NCBI GenBank assembly: GCA_964016885.1
Contig: OZ024747.1
Location: 8,432,001 to 8,496,000, forward strand
Source: Eledone cirrhosa
Lineage: Eukaryota
Reading direction: 5' to 3'
Length of the DNA stretch: 64,000 bases
Shown here: positions 29,142-42,253 of the stretch, in pieces
How the letters are laid out: every line of letters begins with the position of its first letter
Numbering within the stretch: position 1 is the first letter of the stretch
Position numbers and translations under genes: made by a program
Notes under the pieces: model-generated
What the model was told of the DNA's origin: nothing
The model's input: only the letters and a program-made list of their open reading frames with translations
Database searches by the model: none

Positions 29142-29628
29142 GAAATGAAGAAACAACCAATCTATAGTAAATTTTAGAAATGAAGAAACAACCAATCTAT
29201 AGTAAATTTTAGAAATGAAGAAACAACCAATCTATAGTAAATTTTAGAAATGAAGAAACAACCAATCTATAGTAAATTTTAGAAATGAAGAAACAACCAA
29301 TCTATAGTAAATTTTAGAAATGAAACAACCAATCTATAGTAAATTTTAGAAATGAAGAAACAACCAATCTATAGTAAATTTTAGAAATGAAGAAACAACC
29401 AATCTATAGTAAATTTTAGAAATGAAGAAACAACCAATCTATAGTAAATTTTAGAAATGAAGAAACAACCAATCTATAGTAAATTTTAGAAATGAAGAAA
29501 CAACCAATCTATAGTAAATTTTAGAAATGAAGAAACAACCAATCTATAGTAAATTTTAGAAATGAAGAAACAACCAATCTATAGTAAATTTTAGAAATGA
29601 AGAAACAACCAATCTATAGTAAATTTTA
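29142..29628. repeat. 35-bp minisatellite, 14 copies
   Basis: gaaatgaagaaacaaccaatctatagtaaatttta; one copy lacks 3 bp. Confidence 0.97.
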
Positions 29629-29992
29629 GCACCTACTTTGACATTTCAAATTTATATCTTTGAGTTATTTCCCTTTGTTACACTATGTTTTCATAAAGAA
29701 GTGTTTAACATGCTATATTTTTTATGATATCTTCAAACTCGTCCAAATGCCTGACGACTAGGTCTGAAAGTTGATTGCTCTTACAATCTGGGGAGATGGT
29801 CAATGAAACCTTAGATAGCACTTTTGTTCTATTAGTGAACATAAATAAATTAATATATATATAAAATTCAAAGGGATATATGTATATATTTAGACATAGT
29901 CACAGATACATATATGAGTGTGGCTACCTTTCACGGTGTGGCTCAATGAAGAATTAATTAAGCAAATAATTATTAATCAGAGCTATATATAA

Positions 29993-30481
29993 AATTGCAA
30001 GTTTAAAGAATTATTAGATAAAATATATACACTATTTCCTCTCCCTAGTATGTAGAAATTAACCACATAAATAATCATTTAAACGAGGCTATAAGTTTAA
30101 AATGTAACTATGAAGAAATAATAGACAAATGATACAGACTATCTTCTACGAGGGACAACCACATAAAATTTATCTAGTTATTCCTTTTAGCCCGTAGAAA
30201 TTGACTAGACAAATAATCAACTACACGGAGTTAGATTTGAAATAGAAGTTAGAAGTAAAAATGTCTAGTCAATTTCTACAGGCTAAAAGGAATAACTAGG
30301 TAAATTTTATGTGGCTGCCCCTTCGTAGAAGATAGTCTGTATTATTTGTCTATTATTTCTTCATAGTTACATTTTAAACTTATAGCCTCGTTTAAATGAT
30401 TATTTATGTGGTTAATTTCTACATACTAGGAAGAGGAAATACTGTATATAGTTTATCTAATAATTCTTTAAACTTGCAATT
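29993..30481. repeat. Long inverted repeat (~220-bp arms, ~50-bp spacer)
   Basis: 29993-30211 is the reverse complement of 30262-30481 with few mismatches. Confidence 0.9.
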
Positions 30482-30505
30482 ATATATATATATATAAAAA
30501 GGAAC

Positions 30506-30706
30506 GATCGACTTTCGTCAAATCGGATCGAGAAAACAATGTTTCCATTGGTCTTTCCAATTGCTAATACTATCTATCGGTCGCAACTCCAGGTAGAAGG
30601 AGCAACATGAAATAAAGTGTCTTGCATCGCCTGGTCCAGGAATCGAACTCACAACCTTACGATTGCGAATCCAATTCTCTAACCACTCAGCCACACGCCT
30701 TCACTA
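30506..30706 (-). mobile_element. tRNA-derived SINE
   Basis: Reverse complement of 33500-33713. Confidence 0.8.
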
Positions 30707-31347
30707 ATAATAATATATATATATCAACTCGTGTGTCACTTCTCTACATTCTATATATACATATGTATATATATATATATACACATATGTATGTATAAAT
30801 GTATTAATAATTCTCACTTGTCAGAATAATCTTGTTGTTCCATGATTTTTTTCTGTTCCCACAAATAGGTAGATATATTTATAAAAGATGTCTTGGTTTC
30901 CCTCACTCTGTTTCTTCTATCAGTTGATTAGCTGACATTATTACATCACTCTGAGTAGTCAGGCAACTAGAAAAAGTCTCATGACATTAAGAGTTATCCT
31001 TCCTTCCACTTCTTTACCACCAGGTGCCACTGTTGTTTGGGGAATTTACATCTGAAAAAAAAAAAAGGAAAATTAAATAAAATGAAATAAAGTGACTGAT
31101 GGGGTATGTAAATACAGACTAAGGCTTGATCAACCTTGGTTGGGTCACCTGGATACAACAGTGATGATATATCCAAGGTTTTTGCATCCTTAGATGTGTG
31201 AAGAACTTGTCTTATTTATATTGTATGTAAGGGAGGAGTTATTCAACTCATAATACAAGGGAGATAAATCTTAATGTTGGGTTATCTCAACCTTCTATCA
31301 TTATGTAAATTAGCTGTGCCAGTCATAAGTTTTCATTACATTATAAT

Positions 31348-31527
31348 AGGCAGTATCGGTAGAAGGTCGGACGCCATGCTTTGACGCATAGAGTTACGCC
31401 CCTTGCTGGTCTGAGTTCAAATCCTGCCGAGGTTCACTTTGCCTTTCATCCTTACAGGGTCGATACAATAAAGTACCAGTAATACACTGAGATAATTGCT
31501 GGTCCTGTGCCTAAAGTAGAAACAATT
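31348..31527 (+). mobile_element. Meta-like SINE
   Basis: Same family; further copies at 22375-22485, 43980-44041, 60295-60500. Confidence 0.78.
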
Positions 31528-33421
31528 ATAATAAGCAGCCTTCTACTTACAATCATCAGCAGTTTGAGAAGGGGAGGTAAGCGATGAAATGCTTCAGTTT
31601 CATTCTCATCCCAAGTTGATAAATATAACCATACGAATGTGTGTCCATTAAGGCCAACTAGACATTTCAGTTGTATACAAATTTGTATAATTAAATTAAA
31701 TATATAGTAATTTCTTGTAATCAATAAATAAATCACTAAATATATTTGCCATGTAGCAGCATTGTGGAAATATCCACAGTGGTGTTATGAACTGTTACAT
31801 CATTTGCTGTGGGTGAGTGTGAACTGTGCATTGGAAAGTGCAAACTTAGTAATTTTTTTAGTGTAGTCAGATCCAGAAACTCCAAAAACTAGGTTTGTCA
31901 GTTTACTAAACTGTAAGTTGAAAATACTTTTATTTGGGAGAACTGGTGGAGGTCCCCAGTTGTACAAAGCCAGCTAAACCTACATAGCTGTAACAACAAC
32001 ATGATAGAAAAAAACCTGTGAGATGCAACCTTGTAGAAAGCCAGACACATCTACTTTGGTGGGATCTGTAACAACAATATACATGGATGATAGGACTGGG
32101 ACCCCTATCATTAAGGCACTCAGGAAATCTCTAATGAAATATAATTAGAAGGCCAGTTAAATCTACATAGGTGTGATTTGTAACAAGAAGAAGATAAGAT
32201 TATGGATCTATCATTGATACACCCAAGCTACCTCCAATGAGATACAACCTCATAGAAAGCAAGCTAAAGCTACAAAGGTGTGAGCTATAACAACAAAAAG
32301 ATGACAGAATTGGGGACTGCTATGATTACAATCTGAAAGGAACATCCTATGACATACAACTTAATAGGAGACCAACTAAACTTACATAGGTCTGAGCTGG
32401 AACAGTGTTAATAAGAGAAACAGATCTAATTTAAAATTGAGATTCTAATGTTGCTTAGTTGTCTCCCTTGCTTCCCTCTTCATAGAGTTGCTTCAAGAAG
32501 ATTTTCTATCATGTTATTACTGGTTCCACTAATTTCACTGTGGCCATACTAGACACTTCCTTCAATGCCATTACTTATATCAACCTTAGTACAAGACTAG
32601 TACACATCGTCAACTAAGGAGATTGAAGACAAAGTATTACATTTAATAAAACCCTATATGGTAGGCAATGGATTATTATACTTATTCAAGTATAGAATGC
32701 ACTTTTTACCAAATTTTTTAATCTTTTATCATCATATTTTTCATGAAAGACATTGCCTAAGATTTTAAAATCAATTCAAAAATAATCAGCATTTTGAGGG
32801 ATTAGTAATACAACTAACTTTCTCAATATCAATCTAGTGTTTGGGGCATTGCTTAACAAAGTTTCTTATATACTACAATATTTATTCCCTACAAAATTGT
32901 GACCCCCCCCCCCCCCCCCCCACAACCTCCCAACCTCCCTTAAGCAAAGATGTGATATGAACCAGTAATAAGCAGAGACAGAAATAAAACATATGTCAAT
33001 TTTCAAATGAAATATTTTTGTCAACTCTTGGATACTCCCTAACCTCTACTCTAGGAGGGAGTTGTGTAGAGAGTTACTTATAAATAAAGGTTAGAATTTC
33101 TTTCATGATAGGAGAATGAAAAGAACTCACAACAACATATATGGTTTTGTGATTTATATATTTAATGCTAAAGTACAGTACTTATATTTATAAAGTACAG
33201 TTCTGTTGTCTGTGTGAGTATAATATATGATGTGTTTGTGTAAATAACATATATAAAGATCTGAGGTGATAATTCTTACCGTTTTCTTCCATAATTGGTA
33301 ACTGGATATTGTTTTTCTTTGTATTAGACTTTGGCACTTTGGATTATTTCACTGCTGAAAAAAATAAGTTTTTCCATGAAAGTAGGATTATATTGCTCTG
33401 TCTTTATCTGTTGTAAAATAT

Positions 33422-33452
<31 letters not shown>

Positions 33453-33499
33453 CATATCAAACCAACTATCTTTCTGTCTATTTATTTATTTATGTATGT

Positions 33500-33713
33500 A
33501 GTGAAGGCATGTAGCTGATTGGTTAGGGAATTGGATTTGCAATCGTGAGGTTATCAGTTTGATTCCTGGACCGAGTGATGCATTGTCCTTGAGCAAGACA
33601 TTTTATTTCACGTTGCTCCTTCTACCTGGAGTTGCGACCGCTAGATAGTATTAGCAATTGGAAAGACCAACGGAAATATTGTTTCCTCGGTCCGATTTGA
33701 CGAAAGTCGATCA
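33500..33713 (+). mobile_element. tRNA-derived SINE (second tail type)
   Basis: tRNA-like head, CORE-like segment, distinct tail; inverse copy at 30506-30706. Confidence 0.8.
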
Positions 33714-33840
33714 ACAAACTTTTATTTATGTATATGTCCATCTATCTATCTGTCTGTCCATCTATCTATCTGTCTGTCCATCTATCTATCTATCTATCTG
33801 TCTGTCTATCTGTCCATCTATGTGTCTGTCCATCTATCTC

Positions 33841-35134
33841 CAGGTGGAGAAGAACTGGAACGAAGTGACGGCCAAGGTGTTTGCACTCACCCAGAAGTGG
33901 GCCGAGTGCAACCTATCCTTGAAAGGTCGAGCGGAGGTGGCGAACACTTTTATAGCGTCCACCATCTACTACCACTTGACCATCGTGCCTTGTCCAAAAC
34001 GCTCACCAAAATGGAGCGTGCGCTCTTCCAATTCCTTTGGAAGAGGCGGGCTCCTTTGGTGAGAAGATCCATCTGCTGCCAACACCCTTCTAACGGAGGG
34101 CTGGGGATACCGTGAGGCGAGCCTTCCCACGACTCGTCTCGCTGACCGAGCTGCAGTCCTGGGTCAAGCAAAGACTGAGGAAAATGGGCGACTGGCACAT
34201 CGAATGTGCTCAGGCGCTCACAGCCTTCTGGCAGGCGGACCTGGCGATCAGTGGAGACACCACTTCATCATTCTATAGAGGGTTGATCCGCAGCAAGTGC
34301 GACGACACGCTCGGTGAAACTCTAGGCATAGAGAACTAGCCAGTCTGTTCGGTAGGACCTTCTGCCTGGGACCGATGGACAACTTCCAACAGTCACTGGC
34401 CTGGCAGTGCTACCGAGGAGCTCTACCAGTTCGAGACAAGCTCTACAGACATGGGCGCCCGGGCAGGGACCCTGCTAAAAAGATCCAAGGTGCAAGCGAG
34501 ATGAAGAAACCGTCGTGCACGCATTCATACACTGCCCGGGCATCACTGACCTGTGGGGCTATGTAGAACGACTATTGTCGCGGGTGGGACCAATCCAGTT
34601 GACCACCGAGTCCATTGTCATGATCAAACCGCCACCCTCCTTCAAAAACGAAGGAGAGGCGGTTTTCCTTTGTGTGATAGCTATGGCGAAAGAGGTTGTA
34701 TGGTGGACAAGGTTGAAAGGGCTGAGGTCAGACACCTTTCTCTCCGGCCAACAACTGATTCTTTTTTTCAAATACCACTTTGGAAGAAGAATCAGGATGG
34801 AGAGAGAGGTGCTGTACCCCAGCAAGTTTTATGAAAGGTGGGTGAAAGTGGCGAGAATGGCCCGAGTGAATGGGCCTTCTCTCTATATCAGCCTGTAGGT
34901 TGAGGAAAAGGAGGAGGAGAGGAAAGGAGTACAAACTCTTCGTACTCCTGGAGATGAGGGTTGCACATTTTTTCAGGGGTATGTGTTACCCATATAAACT
35001 GTTTTCCCCTATTGGGGAAAATCAACTAATTTTTTAAATTGCATTTGTGATAACATATTACACGTTTTTATTGTATGTAAACTTCCCCCTTTGTATTTGT
35101 CCCCTTCTTTTGTGCCCCTGTGGCTAATAAAGAA
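33841..35134 (+). mobile_element. Tx1/L1-clade LINE 3' fragment
   Basis: LSLKGRAEVAN, GGLGIP, AWQCYRGALPV, HAFIHCP zf-RVT-type motifs; 3' end gctaataaagaa; embedded in (TATC)n. Confidence 0.88.
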
Positions 35135-35481
35135 ACATATCTATCTGTCCATCTATCTATCTACTTCACCTGTCATGACTCCAACTTTCACATTTTTTCT
35201 GAAAATCAGAAACATGAAACTCAGAGTAATGTTTCATGAATTTTTGAAGTCCTCACTTCCAATAATGTCACTCAATATTCAATACTGAGTTTTCTATTCT
35301 CTTCCTTATGAACTTAACCACTGAGCTTAAACACACATCTACAAAGATGTTGATAATGTAAGGGAGGGGGGGGTTATTATTTTTTCCAGAAAAAACAGAC
35401 AGCAATGAAATAAATACTGAGTGAATAGTGTGAGTTATTTTATTTTCTGAATTTGAGAAAATACTGAGATCTGGTCCATCT

Positions 35482-36115
35482 AAGTTGTATGAAATGCTGT
35501 ATGGTAGTTAGACGTGGACAGTGAATGCAGATGATGCATGAAGGCTGGACTGAAATGAAGTGAACATGTTTTAACCCTTTACCATTTACATTACTCTATA
35601 TTTACTATTGTATTTTCACAGTAAATGCTTTATCTTACATGATTATCTCACATAATATCGAATATATGAGATTTTGATGCTATTTATTTGAGAACAATAC
35701 CTTAATGTAGGTATGAGCAGCCGGTTATAGCCAGTTTGAACAGAAAGTGGTGAGAGAATTCTGGCCTGATACAGTCAGTTTAAATGCTAAAGGTTTAATG
35801 GATGTGTGATGTTAAGTGTGCGTGAATGATAAAGCACAAATGAGCTGAGAGAAAACTGATTATAAGAGGAATCAGATGTAGTAGACGAGAGAGAAAACTG
35901 ATGGTATGGATGTATATAGATGGTGATTGTTGGGTGAAGAAGTGCAACTCAGTGAAAGAAAGCTGCAGTAAAGGAATACCAAGGAAGACCTTTGCAGAGA
36001 GGGTGCAAGCTGATCACAAATCACTGAACCTTACAGTGGAGGGAGGCCATATTGGAAAAGACCTGTCCAAATTATGCAAGCATGGAAAAGCATACTCAAA
36101 AGAATGATGATGACG
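35482..36115 (+). mobile_element. Old RTE 3' fragment split by a TTAA MITE
   Basis: RTE C-terminal motifs are continuous across the 35571-35798 insertion. Confidence 0.7.
35571..35798 (-). mobile_element. piggyBac-type MITE with TTAA duplication
   Basis: Interrupts an RTE at a TTAA that is present on both sides. Confidence 0.88.
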
Positions 36116-37222
36116 AGTCTATAAGAAGACACAAGTTTTGCCATATGTACACAAGGGTTTCCCTGTTATTGTTAAGATGCATCACAAACCTGTGGAGCTA
36201 GAGCAAAGATTTTGGTTTTCTCAGCCATTACACTACACAAATCTGCTTTGAACATAGTGTGCAACAAAATCACAGAAAACAATCTATTGATTACTCAACT
36301 CACGAAGACATGAGACTTAGTGGTTAATGTGTTCAGCTTCTGATTGTAAGGTCATGAGTTTGATTTCTGAGTCCTGATCATGACTTGACACTTTCATCAA
36401 TGATACTCCAGTCAACTCAACTGGAAAAATTGAGTTGTACCTGTTTTTCAAAGTGTTAGTCTTATCACACAAACCTGTGTCATGCTGAATCTACCTGCGA
36501 ATTATGTTAAGGTTACTTGTGTTTGTGGAATGAGCAGGCTGTGATATGCTCAACTTTGAAACCTCTTCCATGGAGTAAAGGAAAGACAACTAGGATTTAC
36601 TAGATACTGTAATTGAGGTAAAGATGGAGTTATTCTAGATGAGAAATCAGCAACTTCTTTTCGTAATGGCTCACTTTTGATTTTTTTTTTTTTTAGTTTT
36701 ACCCATGTCCCACATGTATATTATGTCAAATCGTATATATAAAAATTTGAAACGGTCTGAGGTCCACAGAGAACGCTTCATTGGCCCATGCTATGTCAAA
36801 TTTTACATATAAAAATTTGAAAATGTGGAGTCCCATATGGTGGACTTCAATGGATCACATGCATGTTATATCAAATCTTACATATAAATACTTGAAGCAA
36901 TTTGAGGCTCACAGAAAACACCTCAAGGACTCACCAGTTGCTAACGTCTGTTCTTGATGTACTTCTAGAGACACCAAAAATATGGATTTTGAACAAATGT
37001 GACCTCTAGACCAGAAAATATATTTCTAGCATTGGTCTTACAGCTACAACCGAATAGGTTTCCACACAGTTTCCAGCAACTAAATTTTACCAGCCAAAGG
37101 TACCACATGAAACTATATCTTTTCAAAGCCAACATCTTTAACACTGACATGGCTGTTCTCAGCCATCAGCATCTTTCATGGTTGATATTTATTTGACATA
37201 AGAAATTAATAGAATGCTTTAC

Positions 37223-37372
37223 CTTTTTAGCTGTTGGTATCTTCACTGTAGTGGTTGATGCTTTCCATTCATTTGGTGGCTCAACAACAAAGTAAAAGAG
37301 ACTGGCTGACTTCCTTAGGTGGGAGTACCTCTTCTCAGCAGGATTTCTTATGAAGGCAAAAGGGTTGTTTGT
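37223..37372 (-). CDS. Host gene internal exon D (50 aa, TNNPFAFIRNPAEKRYSHLRKSASLFYFVVEPPNEWKASTTTVKIPTAKK)
   Basis: ttttatttttag acceptor, AAG|GTAAAG donor, 150 nt; only the phase-0 frame is open; shared motif. Confidence 0.85.
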
Positions 37373-37579
37373 CTAAAAATAAAAGTAGATTCTCTTTTCA
37401 CAGTCAATTCAAGTGATAACAATAATAATGATTTCTGATTTAGGCAGAAGGCCAACAATCTTTGAAGAAAGGAAAGTGCTGTCAATGCCTGGCATAATGG
37501 TTTCTTTATTGGCCCCTGGGACTGAAATCATTAAAGACAATACAAATAAACAGAGACAGTCGGGTTTACCAGAAACTAG

Positions 37580-38170
37580 TAAAGGGAAAAAGAAAATGGG
37601 TCAACAGAGAAACAATAATTCAATAATAGAATTTCCCTATAGGGGAAAAGCACTACATTGGGTTCACCATAGGCAAGAGCCCTTGTCTGCTCTATTCTCA
37701 CATGTTTAAAGTAGGCCCATTCACTTTGACGATTCTTACTATATTTACCCACCTTTAAACATATTTTCAGGGAAACACTTCCTTCTCCAACCTTACCTTT
37801 CTCTTCAATTGGAGCTTGAAAAAGTTGATGAGGGTTTGGCTGAATAGGAATTTTTCTGTATTCAATCCTTCAGCCTCGTCTAACACACAACTTCTTTTGC
37901 CATAACCACTAGGTAGGAAAATACTTCCTGCCCTTCTCTGCTGAAACAAGGTGGCAGGGCAATCGTCACAAGAGAGTTAGCTAATAGTTGGTTCTATCCT
38001 ACATATGACAACATCTGTTTGACGAAGCTCCACAAGTCAGTAAGGTATGGACACTGGACAAGTGTATATAGAATGGTTTCATCATTCTGTGCACATCCCA
38101 GACAGGCTTGCCTGACAGCACTTTTATGAATGTCAAGTTTGTCTTGAACCAGCAGTGCCCATCGTTAGCA
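37580..38170 (-). mobile_element. Tx1/L1 LINE 3' fragment, older
   Basis: GLNTEKFLFSQTLINFFKLQLKRKVRLEKEV parallels the C-terminus of the 33.8-35.1 kb copy. Confidence 0.7.
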
Positions 38171-38380
38171 CTACTAGACCAGGGTTTTCTGGAAACTATC
38201 TGTGCATCATGAAAAATGCACCCAGTAGGCCTTTAAGATGGTTGGCATTTGGAAGGGCATCCAACCATAGAGATCATGCCAAATATAGAATTTAATAAGC
38301 ATGATTGGTTGCTCCAATCCATCTGATCTCAGACTATGACAACCCATCCAACCCACACCAGCTTGGAATAAAGATGTAAA

Positions 38381-38415
<35 letters not shown>

Positions 38416-38504
38416 AGTAATGGTGGTAATGATGATGATCGACTTAGTCATGTATAATGTGCATTTTGTTTTTATTAGTAAAACAATTGACTATAAATGT
38501 TTAC

Positions 38505-38612
38505 CTGTTGCATTGGTAGACTTCTAGATGTACTTGAAGCAATCCACTTATTTTGAGGTTCAAGTACAAAGTAGAATTGACTTGTTGATTCGGTCAATTG
38601 AGAATCATTGGT
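38505..38612 (-). CDS. Host gene internal exon C (36 aa, TNDSQLTESTSQFYFVLEPQNKWIASSTSRSLPMQQ)
   Basis: gttgtttttcag acceptor, CAG|GTAAAC donor, 108 nt, phase 0, shared motif. Confidence 0.85.
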
Positions 38613-39555
38613 CTGAAAAACAACAACAAAGGAAATAAAAGCATATATCTTGAGTAAGGTAGAAAATATGTCTGAAAAGCTGTGTCAAGTTTAGACGTGG
38701 TGAATCCCTGCAAACTTTTTATTTTCCTTCAAATACATGTATTAATGACGTAATTCCCATTGCATACATTTCACTGTATCTCAAGAGAATGTCTTCATGT
38801 GTTACTATTATATCTTTCTATTTTCCAAAGGTAACTTTTGATCATAATGTTTTTGAAATATTTACTTCTGCATCCACAGATTGATATTTCTCAATTTCAG
38901 AAAATTCCACTTTAGGGTGAAAGCAGAAATTGCTTGTTTAAATGTTTAATGATAATGTTCTAATAATAAATATTTGCTCTTTGGGTTTATATATATACTT
39001 GTACTGGATTTTGATCTTCATATTTATTATTACTACTATATATATATAAAATAGATGGTGTGGTTTCATAGAACTAGAGCCAGAATTGGACAGGTTGGTA
39101 TCTAAAGGATTAAAGCAGTACAATATTTGTTATGTATTCCAGCAATAAACAAACTCCAGCTTTAAAAACCTCACATTAACTTCCCCAATCTCATTTACAT
39201 CCCACATTATCTGTGTTATATGAAATGCTTTTTCTCTTTATCAGGATAAGAAAAACCCAATTCTGATGTCCTGGCTTCTCAACATTCTATATGAAATAGA
39301 TGTGATTATTATCCCCTGTAGTCTCTGTAACTTGCCTGGACTTAACATCTCTGATTCATAGACTTCCAGAAGGTAAATTTCTATCCATTCACAATACAGC
39401 TTCTACTAAATTACAAATTTCAATCTAAACTCATTAATGGAATAGTCAAAAGAAAACAAGAATAAATGTATTTTTATTGTTATGTATTTCTACTAAATCT
39501 TAATCCATAATTTTATTTTTATTAGTATTGTGTGTTTTATAAGAAGTCTAATAAC

Positions 39556-39819
39556 AATGCAAACTGGATATTAAATGTAAAAAATAATAACAAAGATGTT
39601 GGAATGTTAACTTGGAGTTATTTCATAGTCCTTAATATTTCAGGAGAAAATCCCTTCCTCAAACAAAGAATTGAGGAAACTGCTCCCAATTAGTTTCCTC
39701 AGTTTTTCTTTTGATGAAGGTATTTTATCCTGAAATATAAAGGACTATTAAACAGCTCCAAGTTAACATTCCAACATCTTTGTTATCATTATCTTAATAT
39801 TTAATATCCAGTTTGCATT
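39556..39819. repeat. Foldback inverted repeat with degenerate hammerhead core
   Basis: Arms about 125 bp; ttgatgaagg...cctgaaatat. Confidence 0.8.
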
Positions 39820-40245
39820 CTCACAAAACACTCTGTTTTATACACTTTAGTCTTTCATTAAATTCTAAGAGTAATGTTGTTATTAATAATATGGATGGTC
39901 TGTTAAAATGATTTACAATGGTAGTCAATTGGTATGGGCCTCCATTGGTTTCAATGATGAGTGTTCCAATGGAACAGCATCCTCATGAAATTAACATGTA
40001 AGTGGCAGATACATTAACATAATTCTCAAACAGCTCCTGCATGATACTGTGAGTGACAATACTGGTTCTTTGAATTAGAGGTACAATCCATTTGACAAAC
40101 TTACAGACAGTTACCATCTTCCCAATTTCACTTACAAGGCTTGGGTCAACCCAAGGCTATGGCAGTTGACACTGGCTCAAGATGCCACACAGTAGGATTG
40201 AACATGAATCTTAGGATATAAAGTGAACTTCTTAACCACTCGCTA

Positions 40246-40486
40246 GTGTGATGCGCATGGAGGATGACCGCTGGGTAAAGAAGTGGCAAGAAATTCCAGT
40301 AGACGGAAGACGCAGTAGAGGAAGACCACGAAAAACATGGGCGGAGGTGATGAGAGCAGACCACAGATTGCTGAAGCTCACGTAGGAGATGACGAAGGAC
40401 TGTGACAAGTGGAGAGATGCTGTAATGAATAGGACCCGTCCCATCCTTGCAAGAAGGGAAAAGCAGATGTAAAATGATGATGATGA
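40246..40486 (+). mobile_element. RTE 3' end
   Basis: Matches 20471-20705; (GAT)n tail. Confidence 0.85.
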
Positions 40487-40533
40487 TAGTCAATTATGGT
40501 ATCAACGTATCCTACAAATTCCAGCCAACTTAC

Positions 40534-40641
40534 TTCTGGCAGCTTTATTGCTGTAGTTGAAGCTTTCCATTCATTCTGTGGTTCAAGGACAAAGTAAAAC
40601 TGATTTGATGATGACTCTGTTATGGCAGCTGGAGTGTTAGT
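40534..40641 (-). CDS. Host gene internal exon B (36 aa, TNTPAAITESSSNQFYFVLEPQNEWKASTTAIKLPE)
   Basis: ttatttttcag acceptor, GTAAGT donor, 108 nt, open in phase 0, shared motif. Confidence 0.85.
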
Positions 40642-41146
40642 CTGAAAAATAAATGGAAGTTACATGAAACTACAATGGATATACAGCTTTAAAGTCTTTG
40701 ACTTTGAATCCGACTTTAGCTTTCACTGGTGATGATACAATTAACAGATTAAAGCTAAACAACACAGCTTGAAACTATCATCCGTTTTCATGTGGCATTT
40801 CAGTGAAATGACTTGTGGAAAATTATCCTTTAAGTGAAATGGCCTGAAGTATTTTAGAGAGGAATAGGTACATCGCTGCCGATCAGATTAAATTAAAGTC
40901 TTTAGAATAAAGCTATAAAAAAATTTTTTTTATTGTAAAAAAACAGTTAGCATTATTCTTTGCCAAAAAACTTAGTCATAATTTTTTACAGAGATTAGTA
41001 GAGTGCAAAGAGATAAAGAAGCAAATTTCAAACTGATAAATCTAATTTTTTTTTAATTAATTTTAGTTAATAATAAAAATAGGAATCTTATTAAAAATCT
41101 GATATTATTTTCAGAACATATATATATATATATATATATATACACC

Positions 41147-41184
<38 letters not shown>

Positions 41185-41287
41185 CCCGTTTATATATATA
41201 TATATATATATACACCGTTTCCTTTCGCTATATGTCTCTCCACCACTCCCCTACACACCTTTTGAACTCTGTTCCCACACACTTCTC

Positions 41288-41319
41288 ACCTGAAGAAGGG
41301 CTTATGCCCGAAACGTCGT
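41288..41319 (+). ncRNA. Minimal hammerhead core (Penelope type)
   Basis: CTGAAGA-A-GGGC-TTAT-GCCC-GAAACGTC; stem I only 2 bp. Confidence 0.6.
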
Positions 41320-41788
41320 CCCCCACCTACCCCCCACTCTCCTGAGCGTGAATTTAATAAACATTTATTGTACTGCCTCTCTGTTCTGTCCCTGTTCAAA
41401 TTTTTCATTATATATACATATATATATATATTTATTTATTTATTTATTTATTTATTTATATATATATATATTCTAGAATATATATGATATTATGTCTTGT
41501 CTGATGATCTTGTAAGTACACAGGTGAATCTTGAGAGAAACCAAACTCATCACTTAGCCATAATAAAGAATATTTAAACTTTACTTTGGTATTAAGTATT
41601 CATTATAACATCCATCAACATCATATGGATATGTAAATTTGCAGTGTGTCATACCCTAATGTATTGTTATTACTCTGAGATATAATTTATCGATTTATCA
41701 ATATCACCTCATTGAGTGCTTCGTGCCAGCCTTAGAAGATTGATTTCGTAAAATGCTAATCACAGCTGCAACCATGCTTTTTACTCAC

Positions 41789-41829
<41 letters not shown>

Positions 41830-42190
41830 CACATATATATATATATATGTATATGTGTATACATATGTATATGTATGTATAAGTATATATACATGTATAT
41901 GTATGTATATATATGTATATATATGTATATGTATGTATATATATGTATATGTATGTATATATATGTATATGTATGTGTATGTATGTATATGTATGTGTAT
42001 GTATATATATGTATATGTATATATATATATGTATATATATATATATAACCAAATTTTATATGGTTCGTTCATTATTCAACGAATACAATGTTACAATAGA
42101 TTAGAAGCACTCGACAGTAAAAATTTTCTGGAGTATTTAATATTATTCAAAATATTAATAAATGAAAAATATTCTCATAACCAAAATATA

Positions 42191-42253
42191 TATTTTATTA
42201 TACATATTTCAAAGGTACAATGGTGTTTCAGTACGTTTTCATCAGATAAAATA
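42191..42253 (-). ncRNA. Hammerhead-like motif
   Basis: Same 8-bp stem I and core; different but paired stem II (aaacgtac/gtaccttt). Confidence 0.75.

Noticed and set aside
29142-29628. CRISPR-like array
   Set aside because: No spacers, eukaryotic context and no cas genes; the same applies to the 33- and 90-bp arrays.
36720-36935. Three degenerate ~72-bp tandem units
   Set aside because: Real but old; no open frame or structure found.
41501-41550. CTGATGA...GAAAC hammerhead
   Set aside because: Weak stem II and no convincing stems I or III.
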